Origin: Gammaproteobacteria bacterium
GTDB taxonomy: Bacteria; Pseudomonadota; Gammaproteobacteria; Steroidobacterales; Foliamicaceae
Assembly (NCBI GenBank): GCA_009844425.1
Contig: VYBN01000018.1
Coordinates: 5,092 to 69,091, forward strand
Direction of reading: 5' to 3'
DNA length: 64,000 nucleotides
The notes under the pieces were generated by a model. That model was not told the origin of the DNA and did not search any database. It saw nothing but the letters and a program-made list of their open reading frames with translations. The position numbers and the translations under genes were made by a program. Positions 16,177 through 24,840 of the stretch are shown in pieces. Every line of letters begins with the position of its first letter. The first letter of the stretch is position 1.

Positions 16177-17346
16177 ATGAGCAAGCAGCCCGTCATGTTG
16201 ATTGGGGCCGGCATCGGCGGCCTTACCTGCGCGCTCGCCCTGCAGCGCGCAGGCATTGCCGTTAAGGTGTACGAGCAGGCGCCGGAACTGGGCGAGGTGG
16301 GGGCCGGACTTACGCTGAGCCCGAACGGTTCGAAGGCGTTGATGGGCCTCGGTCTGGAGAATGAACTGGCGGAGCTGGCCGACCCGCCCTCATACCAGGC
16401 CGTGCATCACTATCAGACGGGTCAGGTGCTGGTCCGGCGCGAGCGCGGCGACCTGACGACCCGGCAGTACGGCGCGCCCTACTACCAGATCCACAGGGCC
16501 GACCTGCACGACATGCTGGGTAACGCCGTGCGGGCGAACGATCCCGAGTGCATTGTCCTCGGCCATGAATTCGAGCGTTTTACCCAGGACGCGAACGGCG
16601 TCACCGCATGGTTCGCCAACGGCAGCAGCGCTTCCGGCCGGGTACTGGTGGGCTGCGACGGCGTGAAATCGCCGGTCCGTTCGCAGATGCACGAGCAGGA
16701 AGCGCCGAAATTCACCGGCTACGTCGCCTGGCGCGGCCTGGCCCCCGCCGACAAGGTGCCGGCGGAAGCGGTGGACCCGCCCTCGGGCACTTACATCGGT
16801 CCGGGGCATCTCTTCGTGCGCTATCTGATCCGCGGCGGCGAGACGGTCAACTACGTCGCATTCGTGGAACGGGACGACTGGCAGGTGGAGAGCTGGTCGC
16901 AACGATCGACCGTGAAGGAAGTGCTGGACGAGTTTTCGGAATTCCACGGCCTGGTGCGCGCGATCATCGAAGCCACACCGCCGGAACTCTGCTACAAGTG
17001 GGGCCTGTTTTCCCGGCGGCCGCTCGAGTCCTGGAGCCTCGGCCGGGTTGCGCTGCTGGGAGACGCTGCCCATCCCACCCTGCCCTTCATGGGGATGGGC
17101 GCCGTAATGGCGATCGAGGACGGAGTGGTGCTGGCGCGATGCATGGCGGATTCCGGCAGTGTTTCCGAAGCGTTCCGGCGCTACGAGGCCGCCCGCGTGG
17201 AGCGCACCACGCTGGTGATGCTGGAGTCCGGGGAAATCATTCACCGTTTCTTCGCCCCGGACACGGAACGCTTCGCCGAACGCAATACTCGGAACGAGGA
17301 ATCGCTCGGCCTGTTCCGCTACGACGCCTGGCAGGTTCCGGTATAA
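16177..17346 (+). CDS. FAD-dependent aromatic monooxygenase (salicylate/3-hydroxybenzoate hydroxylase-like)
   Basis: The N-terminus has the GAGIGGL dinucleotide fold. The DG and GDAAH motifs are present (CDGVKS, LLGDAAHPTLPFMGMG). Confidence 0.85.
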   Translation: MSKQPVMLIGAGIGGLTCALALQRAGIAVKVYEQAPELGEVGAGLTLSPNGSKALMGLGLENELAELADPPSYQAVHHYQTGQVLVRRERGDLTTRQYGAPYYQIHRADLHDMLGNAVRANDPECIVLGHEFERFTQDANGVTAWFANGSSASGRVLVGCDGVKSPVRSQMHEQEAPKFTGYVAWRGLAPADKVPAEAVDPPSGTYIGPGHLFVRYLIRGGETVNYVAFVERDDWQVESWSQRSTVKEVLDEFSEFHGLVRAIIEATPPELCYKWGLFSRRPLESWSLGRVALLGDAAHPTLPFMGMGAVMAIEDGVVLARCMADSGSVSEAFRRYEAARVERTTLVMLESGEIIHRFFAPDTERFAERNTRNEESLGLFRYDAWQVPV

Positions 17347-17377
17347 ACTAGGCGCCCTGTAATCCAGGAGCGCATTC

Positions 17378-18523
17378 ATGTTCATCAACTTCTGGTATCC
17401 GGCGGTCGAGTCGGAGAAACTCGAAAACAATCCGCTCAAGCAACGCATGCTGGGCCAGGACTTCGTGCTGTGGCGCGACGAGGAAGGACAGGCCCATTGC
17501 CTCAGCAATACCTGCTGCCACCGCGGCGGTTCGCTCGGCGACGGCCTGGTGGCCGACAACTGCGTGCAATGTCCGTACCACGGCTGGCGATTCAACGGCG
17601 AAGGGCAGTGCGTGCGCGTGCCCTCCATCGGCATGAAGGCCAAGCCGCCCGCACGCGCGCGGGTGGATTCCTACCCGGTCATGGAACGCTACGGCCTGGT
17701 TTTCTGTTTCCTGGGCGACCTCAGCGAGCCGGAACGGCCGCCAATCCTGGAGATCAAGGAGTGGGGCCAGGAAGGCTGGTCATCCACCTGCCAGGTATTC
17801 AACTGGAACTTCAACTACAAGCGCTCCATCGAAAACGGCATCGATCCGGCGCATAACGAGTTCGTGCATCCCACCCATGGCATGAAGGGCATGGACGAGA
17901 ACTACCGGGTCCGCGAGCTGGACATGCGCGAAACCGACTGGGGCACGGGCTTCTTCAACGAAGTCTATGCGCCGCCTCTGGCCGAGAAGAAGATGCGCGA
18001 GGCGTCCGGAGAAACCAAGAACCGCATGGTAAGAGTGGGAACCGGCCACCACGGTCCCGCATCGGTTTGGACCTTCATCAATCCCACGCCCGCCATGCAC
18101 ATCTATCAGTATCTATACGAGTGCCCGATTGACGAGGACAACACGCGGCTGTTCCTGGTGAACATGCGCAACTTCATGCTGGAAGAGATGTTCGACGACA
18201 CCATTATGGAGCGCAACGAGTACGTGGCGACTCAGGACCGGGACGTTCTCTATACCCTGCACCCGAAAATAACGCCGCGGGTGAATACCAAGGAACTGTT
18301 TACGCCATCGGACTATGCTGTCGGGCGCTACCGCGAACGGCTGAAGGAATGGGAGGCGCGCGGCTGGCGCATTGATCTGGACAAGGTTCGCGAGCAGGAA
18401 CGCCATACCGCGTTCGCGATACCGAGTCCGGAACGGCGCAGAAAGAAAGGCTGGGTGATCGGCCCCATTCCGCTGATGCCGGCCACGCCGGCGCGGGCCG
18501 TGGAGACCGACCAGGCCGCGTAG
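17378..18523 (+). CDS. Rieske [2Fe-2S] aromatic-ring oxygenase alpha-like subunit
   Basis: Rieske motif CCHRG...CPYHGWRF. 381 aa. Confidence 0.85.
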   Translation: MFINFWYPAVESEKLENNPLKQRMLGQDFVLWRDEEGQAHCLSNTCCHRGGSLGDGLVADNCVQCPYHGWRFNGEGQCVRVPSIGMKAKPPARARVDSYPVMERYGLVFCFLGDLSEPERPPILEIKEWGQEGWSSTCQVFNWNFNYKRSIENGIDPAHNEFVHPTHGMKGMDENYRVRELDMRETDWGTGFFNEVYAPPLAEKKMREASGETKNRMVRVGTGHHGPASVWTFINPTPAMHIYQYLYECPIDEDNTRLFLVNMRNFMLEEMFDDTIMERNEYVATQDRDVLYTLHPKITPRVNTKELFTPSDYAVGRYRERLKEWEARGWRIDLDKVREQERHTAFAIPSPERRRKKGWVIGPIPLMPATPARAVETDQAA

Positions 18524-18528
18524 ACTGG

Positions 18529-18585
18529 GAACGAGGGCGTCTCGCCCTCGTTCGTGACTGCTATTTCGAGGGCGGGACGCCCTCG
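18529..18585. repeat. REP-like GC-rich palindromes
   Basis: GAACGAGGGCG-TCT-CGCCCTCGTTC (18529-53) and CGAGGGCG-GGA-CGCCCTCG (18567-85), between convergent genes. Confidence 0.6.
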
Positions 18586-18638
18586 CTCCCGGGGTTGAGG
18601 GCGAAACGCCGCGAGGGACATGCCCCGCTCGCCCGGGG

Positions 18639-20027
18639 CTATACGGATTCGCGCCCGGCGCGCAGTTCGTCCAGGTATTCCCGGGTCAGGGTCCAGCGCA
18701 ACAGGATGATGCCGGCAATCAGGTTGCAGACCGACGGAACCAGGGCAATGGAGATACGGATGCCGGTCAGCGCGCCCGGGTCCTGCTGAATCGCCTCGGC
18801 GTCAACGGTGGACTGGTAACCCAGCATCCCGAGAATTACGCCGATGACCACGGGGGCCCCCATGAACGCGAACTTCTCCACCATGTTGTATGCGCCGGCG
18901 AACACGCCCTCGCGCCGCAGGCCGGTCTTCAGGTAATCGTATTCCTGCACGTCGGGCAGCAGCGACATGCCCAGCAGCAACTTGCCCATGCCGAAGAACG
19001 ACAGAATCAGGGCCCTCACGAACAGCAGCCATACGGGTTCGTCCGTGGGGACGAACCACCACCAGAGCGCTCCCACCATGAAGCCGAACGTGGCAAGCAT
19101 CAGGGCGCGGTGTTTGCCCACCTTGCGCGAGAACGGCACCCAGAACAGCGGAGCCGCCAATAGCGGCATGATCAGGTTTCCGCCGAGCGCGTACCAGAGC
19201 ATGACGTCCTGGGAATGCCCCAGAATGTCCACGATAAAGAACAGGACGCTCCCCGCCGCCACGCCGGTGGCCAGCAGGGTCAGCAGCTTGAAGGCCGCCA
19301 GTTTCAGGAAGTGCACGTTGGACGCGGCAGTGCGGATCTGCCCCCAGGGGCTCTCGCGGGGCCTTACGTGTTCGGTCGCGCGCGCGCCGGCCGTTCCGAA
19401 GAAACAGGCAATCATCGCCACCAGCGCCAGGACGCCGAACAGCCAGCCCACCAGTTCGTAGCCTTCGTTGCCGCCTCCGAACTGCGCAGCCAGCGCAGGC
19501 CCGACTCCGATCACCGTGAAGGTGCCTATCATGATGGCCACGGCGCGAAACGACATGATGGCCGTACGTTCATCGTAGTTGGTGGACATTTCCGCCGGCA
19601 TGGCGATATGCGGAACGTTGAACAGCGTATAGCCGGTGTTGAACACGATCAGTCCCGCCAACACATACGCCGCCTTCTCGAAATCCGCCCACTCGGCGGG
19701 GGTGCTGAACAGCATCACGAATGCCCCGCCGCACACGAAGGCGCCCACCAGCAGCCAGGGCCGGCGGCGCCCGAAGCGGCTCCGGGTCCGGTCGCTGATG
19801 ATGCCCATGGGCAGGTCGGTCAGGAAATCGTACGCCTTGGCGATCATCAGGAGCGTTCCGGCCGTAAGGACCGCGACCCCGGCAACCCGCGTCAGGTAAA
19901 AAAGGAGGATCGTGGCGTAGGTATTGAAGAGCAGCGCCACGCCCAGGGCGCCGACGCCCCAGCCCGCGCGCAACGAAAGCGGAACGGTGCCCTCGACCCG
20001 GGTCAATCGGCCAAGCCTGGTTTGCAT
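18639..20027 (-). CDS. MFS transporter, glycoside-pentoside-hexuronide:cation symporter-like
   Basis: Polytopic hydrophobic ORF with a GPH-like N-terminus (LSDRTRSRFGRRRPW). ATG at 20027 is preferred over the GTG at 20093. Confidence 0.75.
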   Translation of the reverse strand: MQTRLGRLTRVEGTVPLSLRAGWGVGALGVALLFNTYATILLFYLTRVAGVAVLTAGTLLMIAKAYDFLTDLPMGIISDRTRSRFGRRRPWLLVGAFVCGGAFVMLFSTPAEWADFEKAAYVLAGLIVFNTGYTLFNVPHIAMPAEMSTNYDERTAIMSFRAVAIMIGTFTVIGVGPALAAQFGGGNEGYELVGWLFGVLALVAMIACFFGTAGARATEHVRPRESPWGQIRTAASNVHFLKLAAFKLLTLLATGVAAGSVLFFIVDILGHSQDVMLWYALGGNLIMPLLAAPLFWVPFSRKVGKHRALMLATFGFMVGALWWWFVPTDEPVWLLFVRALILSFFGMGKLLLGMSLLPDVQEYDYLKTGLRREGVFAGAYNMVEKFAFMGAPVVIGVILGMLGYQSTVDAEAIQQDPGALTGIRISIALVPSVCNLIAGIILLRWTLTREYLDELRAGRESV

Positions 20028-20154
20028 TATTTGGGCGCCTCGAATCAGAGCGTAGCGCGGCAGGATAGCACGGGGCGCCGATTGTCGTGTCACGCACCGC
20101 CGGGACGGTGTATCCTCGCCAACCTGTTCCCATCAACGAAGGAGAGCGGCAGCA

Positions 20155-21594
20155 ATGGCCGAATACGAGTACCGCAAGTTTTTCATCGGCGGCGAGTGGG
20201 TCGATCCGGCCGAGCCGCGGGAACTGGACGTGATCAATCCGGCCACCGAGAAACCCGCCGGGGTTATTTCGCTGGGCGGCGCAGGCGACGTGGATCGTGC
20301 AGTGGCGGCAGCCCGAAAGGCGTTTGCCGCATATTCCCGATCCTCGAAGCAGGAGCGCCTGAAGCTGATCGACGCGTTCATTGCCGCCTACAAGGCGCGC
20401 TACAACGACATGGCGGCGGCAATTACGGTGGAAATGGGCGCGCCCAAAGGCCTTTCCACCAAGGCGCAGGCGGCCATGGGCGTCGTCATCGCCAAAACGG
20501 CGCGCCGTTTGCTGGAGAATTTCGAGTTCGAGGAGCAGCGCGGCGGCACGCTGATCCGGCGCGAGCCGATCGGTGTGTGCGGATTCATTACGCCCTGGAA
20601 CTGGCCGATCAACCAGATCGGACTGAAGGTCCTGCCGGCGCTGGCGGCCGGCTGCGCGATGGTGCTGAAGCCGAGCGAGATCGCACCCTTAAGCGGCGTG
20701 GTGTTCGCCGAAGTCATCGAAGCCGCGGGCGTGCCCGCCGGGGTCTTCAACCTGGTCAACGGCGACGGGCCAGGAGTCGGTCAGGCCATCGCCGGTCACC
20801 CCGACATCGACATGGTCTCGTTTACCGGATCGACCCGCGGAGGGATCGCGGTAGCCGCAACGGCTGCCGGCACGGTCAAGCGCGTCAGCCAGGAACTGGG
20901 CGGCAAATCGCCCAATCTCATCCTGGACGAAGCCTCGCTGGAAAAGGGCGTAATCAACGGCATGCGCAACGTCTGCATGAACACCGGACAGTCGTGCAAC
21001 GCGCCCACGCGTCTACTGGTTCCGACCGAACTGCACGACAAGGCCGTGGAAATCTCGGTGGCCTCCGCCGCGCGGGCGCGAATCGGCGACCCCGGGTCGG
21101 AGAGCACGACGATGGGGCCCCTGGTCAGCGAGGCGCAGTTCAATAAAGTGCAGGGACTCATCCGGAAGGGCATCGAGGAAGGCGCCACGCTGGCGACCGG
21201 CGGTCCCGGCAGGCCCGACGGCCTCGAAAAGGGCTATTTCGTCAAGCCGACGGTGTTCGGCAACGTGAGCAACGACATGACGATCGCGCGCGAGGAGATT
21301 TTCGGGCCGGTTTTGTGCGTTATTCCCTACGACAACCTGGACGAGGCGATTGCGATCGCCAACGACACTGAATACGGGCTGGCCGCTTACGTGTGGGGGG
21401 ACGACCTCGAACAGGCCCGAGGCGTCGCCGCGCAACTGCGCGCCGGCCAGGTCTGCCTCAACGGCCAGTCGGGCGACGCCAGCGCGCCGTTCGGAGGCTA
21501 CAAGCAGTCCGGCAACGGCCGCGAATCGGGCCCGGAGGGCCTGGAGGAATTCCTGGAGACCAAAGCCGTCCTCGGCTACTCCGAAGCCGCCTGA
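20155..21594 (+). CDS. NAD(P)-dependent aldehyde dehydrogenase
   Basis: ELGGKSP and the catalytic Cys context GQSCNAPTR. 479 aa. Confidence 0.9.
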   Translation: MAEYEYRKFFIGGEWVDPAEPRELDVINPATEKPAGVISLGGAGDVDRAVAAARKAFAAYSRSSKQERLKLIDAFIAAYKARYNDMAAAITVEMGAPKGLSTKAQAAMGVVIAKTARRLLENFEFEEQRGGTLIRREPIGVCGFITPWNWPINQIGLKVLPALAAGCAMVLKPSEIAPLSGVVFAEVIEAAGVPAGVFNLVNGDGPGVGQAIAGHPDIDMVSFTGSTRGGIAVAATAAGTVKRVSQELGGKSPNLILDEASLEKGVINGMRNVCMNTGQSCNAPTRLLVPTELHDKAVEISVASAARARIGDPGSESTTMGPLVSEAQFNKVQGLIRKGIEEGATLATGGPGRPDGLEKGYFVKPTVFGNVSNDMTIAREEIFGPVLCVIPYDNLDEAIAIANDTEYGLAAYVWGDDLEQARGVAAQLRAGQVCLNGQSGDASAPFGGYKQSGNGRESGPEGLEEFLETKAVLGYSEAA

Positions 21595-21625
21595 TCAAGT
21601 CCGGACGGTAAAGGAAATCTCGCCG

Positions 21626-22549
21626 CTAATCCATGAGGGAGCGGGCGACGCGGAGGCCGAAGAAGGTGTAGTGGATGTCCTCCGGGTCGCGGCCCCTGAA
21701 GGTGAGGCGCTGTCGGTCCGGGCGCGTAATCCAGCTGCCGCCGCGCACGCCGCGCCGTTCGCACCGGCCCGGCGGGACTTCAAGGGCCGAGCCGTCGGTC
21801 GGCAACTCCGCCGTATAGGGCTCGACGTAGCAGTCCTCCACCCATTCCCAGACGTTGCCGGCGACGTCGTGCAGGCCAAAAGCGTTCGGCTTGAACATGC
21901 CGACCGGGGCAAGCGTTGGGAATCCATCGTCGCATTCGGCCGCCCGCCAGCCGAAATCGTGCACGGGATCCGCGCTTGAGTCATACACATTGGCATAGGC
22001 GCAGGCCGCTTCGGCGTCCTCGCCCCAGGTAAAACTGCCCATGGCGCCTGCCCGCGCCGCGTATTCCCACTCCGCTTCGGTGGGCAGGCGGTACGGCTGG
22101 CCGCTCATCTCGGCAAGCCAGTCCACGTAAGCGCGCGCGTCCAGCCAACTGACGCAGGCGACGGGGTGATCCGGCCGGGATTCCTGCCCGAGCATCAGGT
22201 CGGTCCAGTTCGACTCCGGATGGTTCTCCCACTCGCCGTCGAATTTGCCGCGACAGCCTTTCTCGACCTGGTATCCGGTAGCCGAAACAAAGGCTTCGAA
22301 TTGCGCATTCGTCACCTCGTACCTGCCCAGCGCAAAATCGCGTTCCACGCGCACCTCGCGCGGCGGTCCCTCCGGACGGCCCTCCTCGCCGCCGGGCGCT
22401 CCCATCACGAAACCGCCGCCCGGCACCACGATCATCTCCGGGCACCCGCCGCAATCGCGAAAGGCCGCCGGTGTCCCACCCTCGTCCGCGACCGCCGTCT
22501 TTAGGCTGAAACCTACGAAAAGCAGCGGTAGAAGTGCGGCTCGAATCAT
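21626..22549 (-). CDS. secreted FGE-sulfatase (SUMF1/EgtB/PvdO) domain protein, paralog 1
   Basis: Signal peptide, then FRDCGGCPEMIVVPGGGFVMG ... RGGSW ... FGLRVARSL. Start taken at the internal ATG 22549. Confidence 0.8.
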   Translation of the reverse strand: MIRAALLPLLFVGFSLKTAVADEGGTPAAFRDCGGCPEMIVVPGGGFVMGAPGGEEGRPEGPPREVRVERDFALGRYEVTNAQFEAFVSATGYQVEKGCRGKFDGEWENHPESNWTDLMLGQESRPDHPVACVSWLDARAYVDWLAEMSGQPYRLPTEAEWEYAARAGAMGSFTWGEDAEAACAYANVYDSSADPVHDFGWRAAECDDGFPTLAPVGMFKPNAFGLHDVAGNVWEWVEDCYVEPYTAELPTDGSALEVPPGRCERRGVRGGSWITRPDRQRLTFRGRDPEDIHYTFFGLRVARSLMD

Positions 22550-22578
22550 GCCGGCCTGCCGGCCCTTAGGGCTGGACC

Positions 22579-22655
22579 CTGGGAGGGAGGGCGTCCCGCC
22601 CTCCGTGAAGGCGAGTGTCCTCACGTCCAGGGAGGGCGGGACGCCCTCCCTCCAG
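22579..22655. repeat. pair of inverted REP-like units
   Basis: CTGGGAGGGAGGGCGTCCCGCCCTCC (22579-604) and its near-exact inverted copy (22630-55). Each contains GGAGGGCG-NNN-CGCCCTCC. Confidence 0.65.
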
Positions 22656-23591
22656 CTATTCCGGCAGGGAGCGGGCGACGCGGAAGCCGAAGAAGCTGTA
22701 GCGCACCTCTTCGGGATCGCGGCCGCGAAACGTGGTGCGCTGCCAGTCGGGGTTGGTGAGCCAGCTGCCGCCGCGCACGCTGCGATTTTCGCACTGGCCC
22801 GGCGGGAGTGTATAGGCCGAGCCGTCCGTGGGCGTGTCCTCCGGATACAGCACTTCGTAACAGTCCTCTACCCATTCCCAGAGATTGCCGACCATGTCAT
22901 GCAGACCGAATGGGTTCGGCTGGAAGCTGCCGACCGGCGCCAGGGTCGTATGGCCGTCGTCGCAGTCGATCCAGGGCCAGATGAAGTCATGCACGGCGTG
23001 CGCGCTCGTGTCGTACATGTTGGCGTGCTTGCAGCCCTCGTCCGGATCTTCCCCCCAGTAGTACCAGTCACCGGCGCCGGCGCGCGCCGCGTACTCCCAC
23101 TCCGCTTCGCTGGGCAGCCGATAGTCCTGCCCGCTGACTTCCGACAACCATTCGAGATAGGCGCGGGCATCCAGCCAGCTCACGCAGGCCACCGGATGCT
23201 CGGGGGCGGACTCCTGCCCCAGCCGCAAATTGGTCCAATGCGCTTCGGGGTCGTCCTTCCACTCGTTGTCGATGTTGCCGCGGCAACCTATCGACATCTC
23301 GTGGCGGGTCGCGTCCACGAACTCGCGGTATTGCCGGTTGGTGATTTCGTACTTGCCCAGTGCGAACGGCCGGGGAATGGTCACTTCGTGCGGCGGGCCC
23401 ATCGGGCGCTCGCTCACGGCTTCCTCGCTTCCCATGACAAAGCTGCCGCCAGGGACCACGACCATGTCCGGGCATTGCTCGCAATCCTGGAATGTTTCGG
23501 GCTGCGTATCCTGGGCGGCCGCGGGCGCCGCCGCGAAAGTGAGGCCGATCAGCACGGCCATTGCTGTCGTATATCGATTCATGCCGCGCAT
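22656..23591 (-). CDS. secreted FGE-sulfatase domain protein, paralog 2
   Basis: Same architecture (FQDCEQCPDMVVVPGGSFVMG ... FGFRVARSL). The start is 23591 or 23582. The long upstream extension in the track crosses a palindromic element. Confidence 0.8.
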   Translation of the reverse strand: MRGMNRYTTAMAVLIGLTFAAAPAAAQDTQPETFQDCEQCPDMVVVPGGSFVMGSEEAVSERPMGPPHEVTIPRPFALGKYEITNRQYREFVDATRHEMSIGCRGNIDNEWKDDPEAHWTNLRLGQESAPEHPVACVSWLDARAYLEWLSEVSGQDYRLPSEAEWEYAARAGAGDWYYWGEDPDEGCKHANMYDTSAHAVHDFIWPWIDCDDGHTTLAPVGSFQPNPFGLHDMVGNLWEWVEDCYEVLYPEDTPTDGSAYTLPPGQCENRSVRGGSWLTNPDWQRTTFRGRDPEEVRYSFFGFRVARSLPE

Positions 23592-23645
23592 TCTAGCCCG
23601 CAACGCGAGCCCCCGCTCTTCGCTAGGCGGTTCCACCTGCCGTAG

Positions 23646-23752
23646 CCCTTCCGCATAGCCCCCCTTTCCGGGAGTATTGGAGGCAGGGATGCCGGAGCAA
23701 GCTACAGGGATGTATTCGTGCGTCTCCCGGAAAGGGGGGCTATGCGGAAGGG
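23646..23752. repeat. 107-bp MITE-like hairpin element (29-bp perfect arms, 49-nt core)
   Basis: The arms are 23646-74 and 23724-52. The core is homologous to the core of the element at 32386-32493, in opposite orientation. Confidence 0.7.
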
Positions 23753-23776
23753 CGGAGGGTCGGCGAACTAATCCGA

Positions 23777-24697
23777 TTAGTGGAGGGAGCGGGCGACGCG
23801 GAAGCCGAAGATCGAGTAGCGCAGGTCTTCCGGATCGCGGCCGCGGAACGCAAGCCGCTGGCGGCTGATCCGCGAAGTCCAGCTGCCGCCGCGCACGCTG
23901 CGCCGATCGCACTGGCCCGGCGGCGGGCCGTACGCGCTGCCGTCCGTGGGAATGTCGGCCGGATACGGCGCCACGTAGCAGTCCTCCACCCACTCCCAGA
24001 GATTGCCGGCCACGTCGTGCAGGCCGAAGCCGTTCGGCTGCAGGCGGCCGACCTGCGCCAGCATCGGGAAGCCGTCATCGCAAAGCGCCGGCTGCCAACT
24101 GTAGCCGTGCATGGCTTGCGCGCTCGAGTCGTACACATTGGCCTGGCCGCAAGCCTCGTCGGGGACCGACCCCCAGGGAAAATCGCCGCTCGCGCCGCCG
24201 CGCGCCGCGTATTCCCACTCCGCCTCGCTGGGCAGCCGGTAGGGCTGGCCGGTCGTCTCCGCCAGCCAGGCTACGTAGGCGCGCGCGTCCAGCCAGTTGA
24301 CGCAGGCCACCGGATGGTCCGGTTCCCATGCCTGGCCGGTCTTGAGATCGGTCCAGACGGCTTCCGGATGCAGCAGCCACTCGTCGCCGACCCGCACCGC
24401 GCAAGGCGGTTCCGTTTCATAGCCGGTGTCGGCCACGAACGCGGCGAATTCCCGGTTGGTGACTTCAAACCGGCCGATGGCGAAGGCTCTCGGGATGCTG
24501 ACCTCGTGCGGCGGACCGTCCGGGCGGCCTTCCTCGCCGCCCTCCGCACCCATGACGAACTCCCCCGGCGGCACCTCCACCATCACGGGACAGACGCCGC
24601 AGTCCTGGAAGACTCGAGGCGCTCCGGGCTCGGCGGCCTGCGCCGGAAGACCGGCGAACTCCAGCAGCATTAGCGCCGTTGCGGCTAGAACTGCCAT
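23777..24697 (-). CDS. secreted FGE-sulfatase domain protein, paralog 3
   Basis: Same architecture (FQDCGVCPVMVEVPPGEFVMG ... FGFRVARSL). The start is 24697 or 24772. Confidence 0.8.
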   Translation of the reverse strand: MAVLAATALMLLEFAGLPAQAAEPGAPRVFQDCGVCPVMVEVPPGEFVMGAEGGEEGRPDGPPHEVSIPRAFAIGRFEVTNREFAAFVADTGYETEPPCAVRVGDEWLLHPEAVWTDLKTGQAWEPDHPVACVNWLDARAYVAWLAETTGQPYRLPSEAEWEYAARGGASGDFPWGSVPDEACGQANVYDSSAQAMHGYSWQPALCDDGFPMLAQVGRLQPNGFGLHDVAGNLWEWVEDCYVAPYPADIPTDGSAYGPPPGQCDRRSVRGGSWTSRISRQRLAFRGRDPEDLRYSIFGFRVARSLH

Positions 24698-24840
24698 ACG
24701 GCCAGCGGCCGCACTGCGCCAATACAATTGCCGAACGATCCAGGGCTGTTTCAAACCGATACGTTTCAACATGTGCGAAAGCCCCCTTATTCCCGGGAAG
24801 AAATCCCGCTCCGCGCTTCGAGCATAGCACGCGGCCGGCC

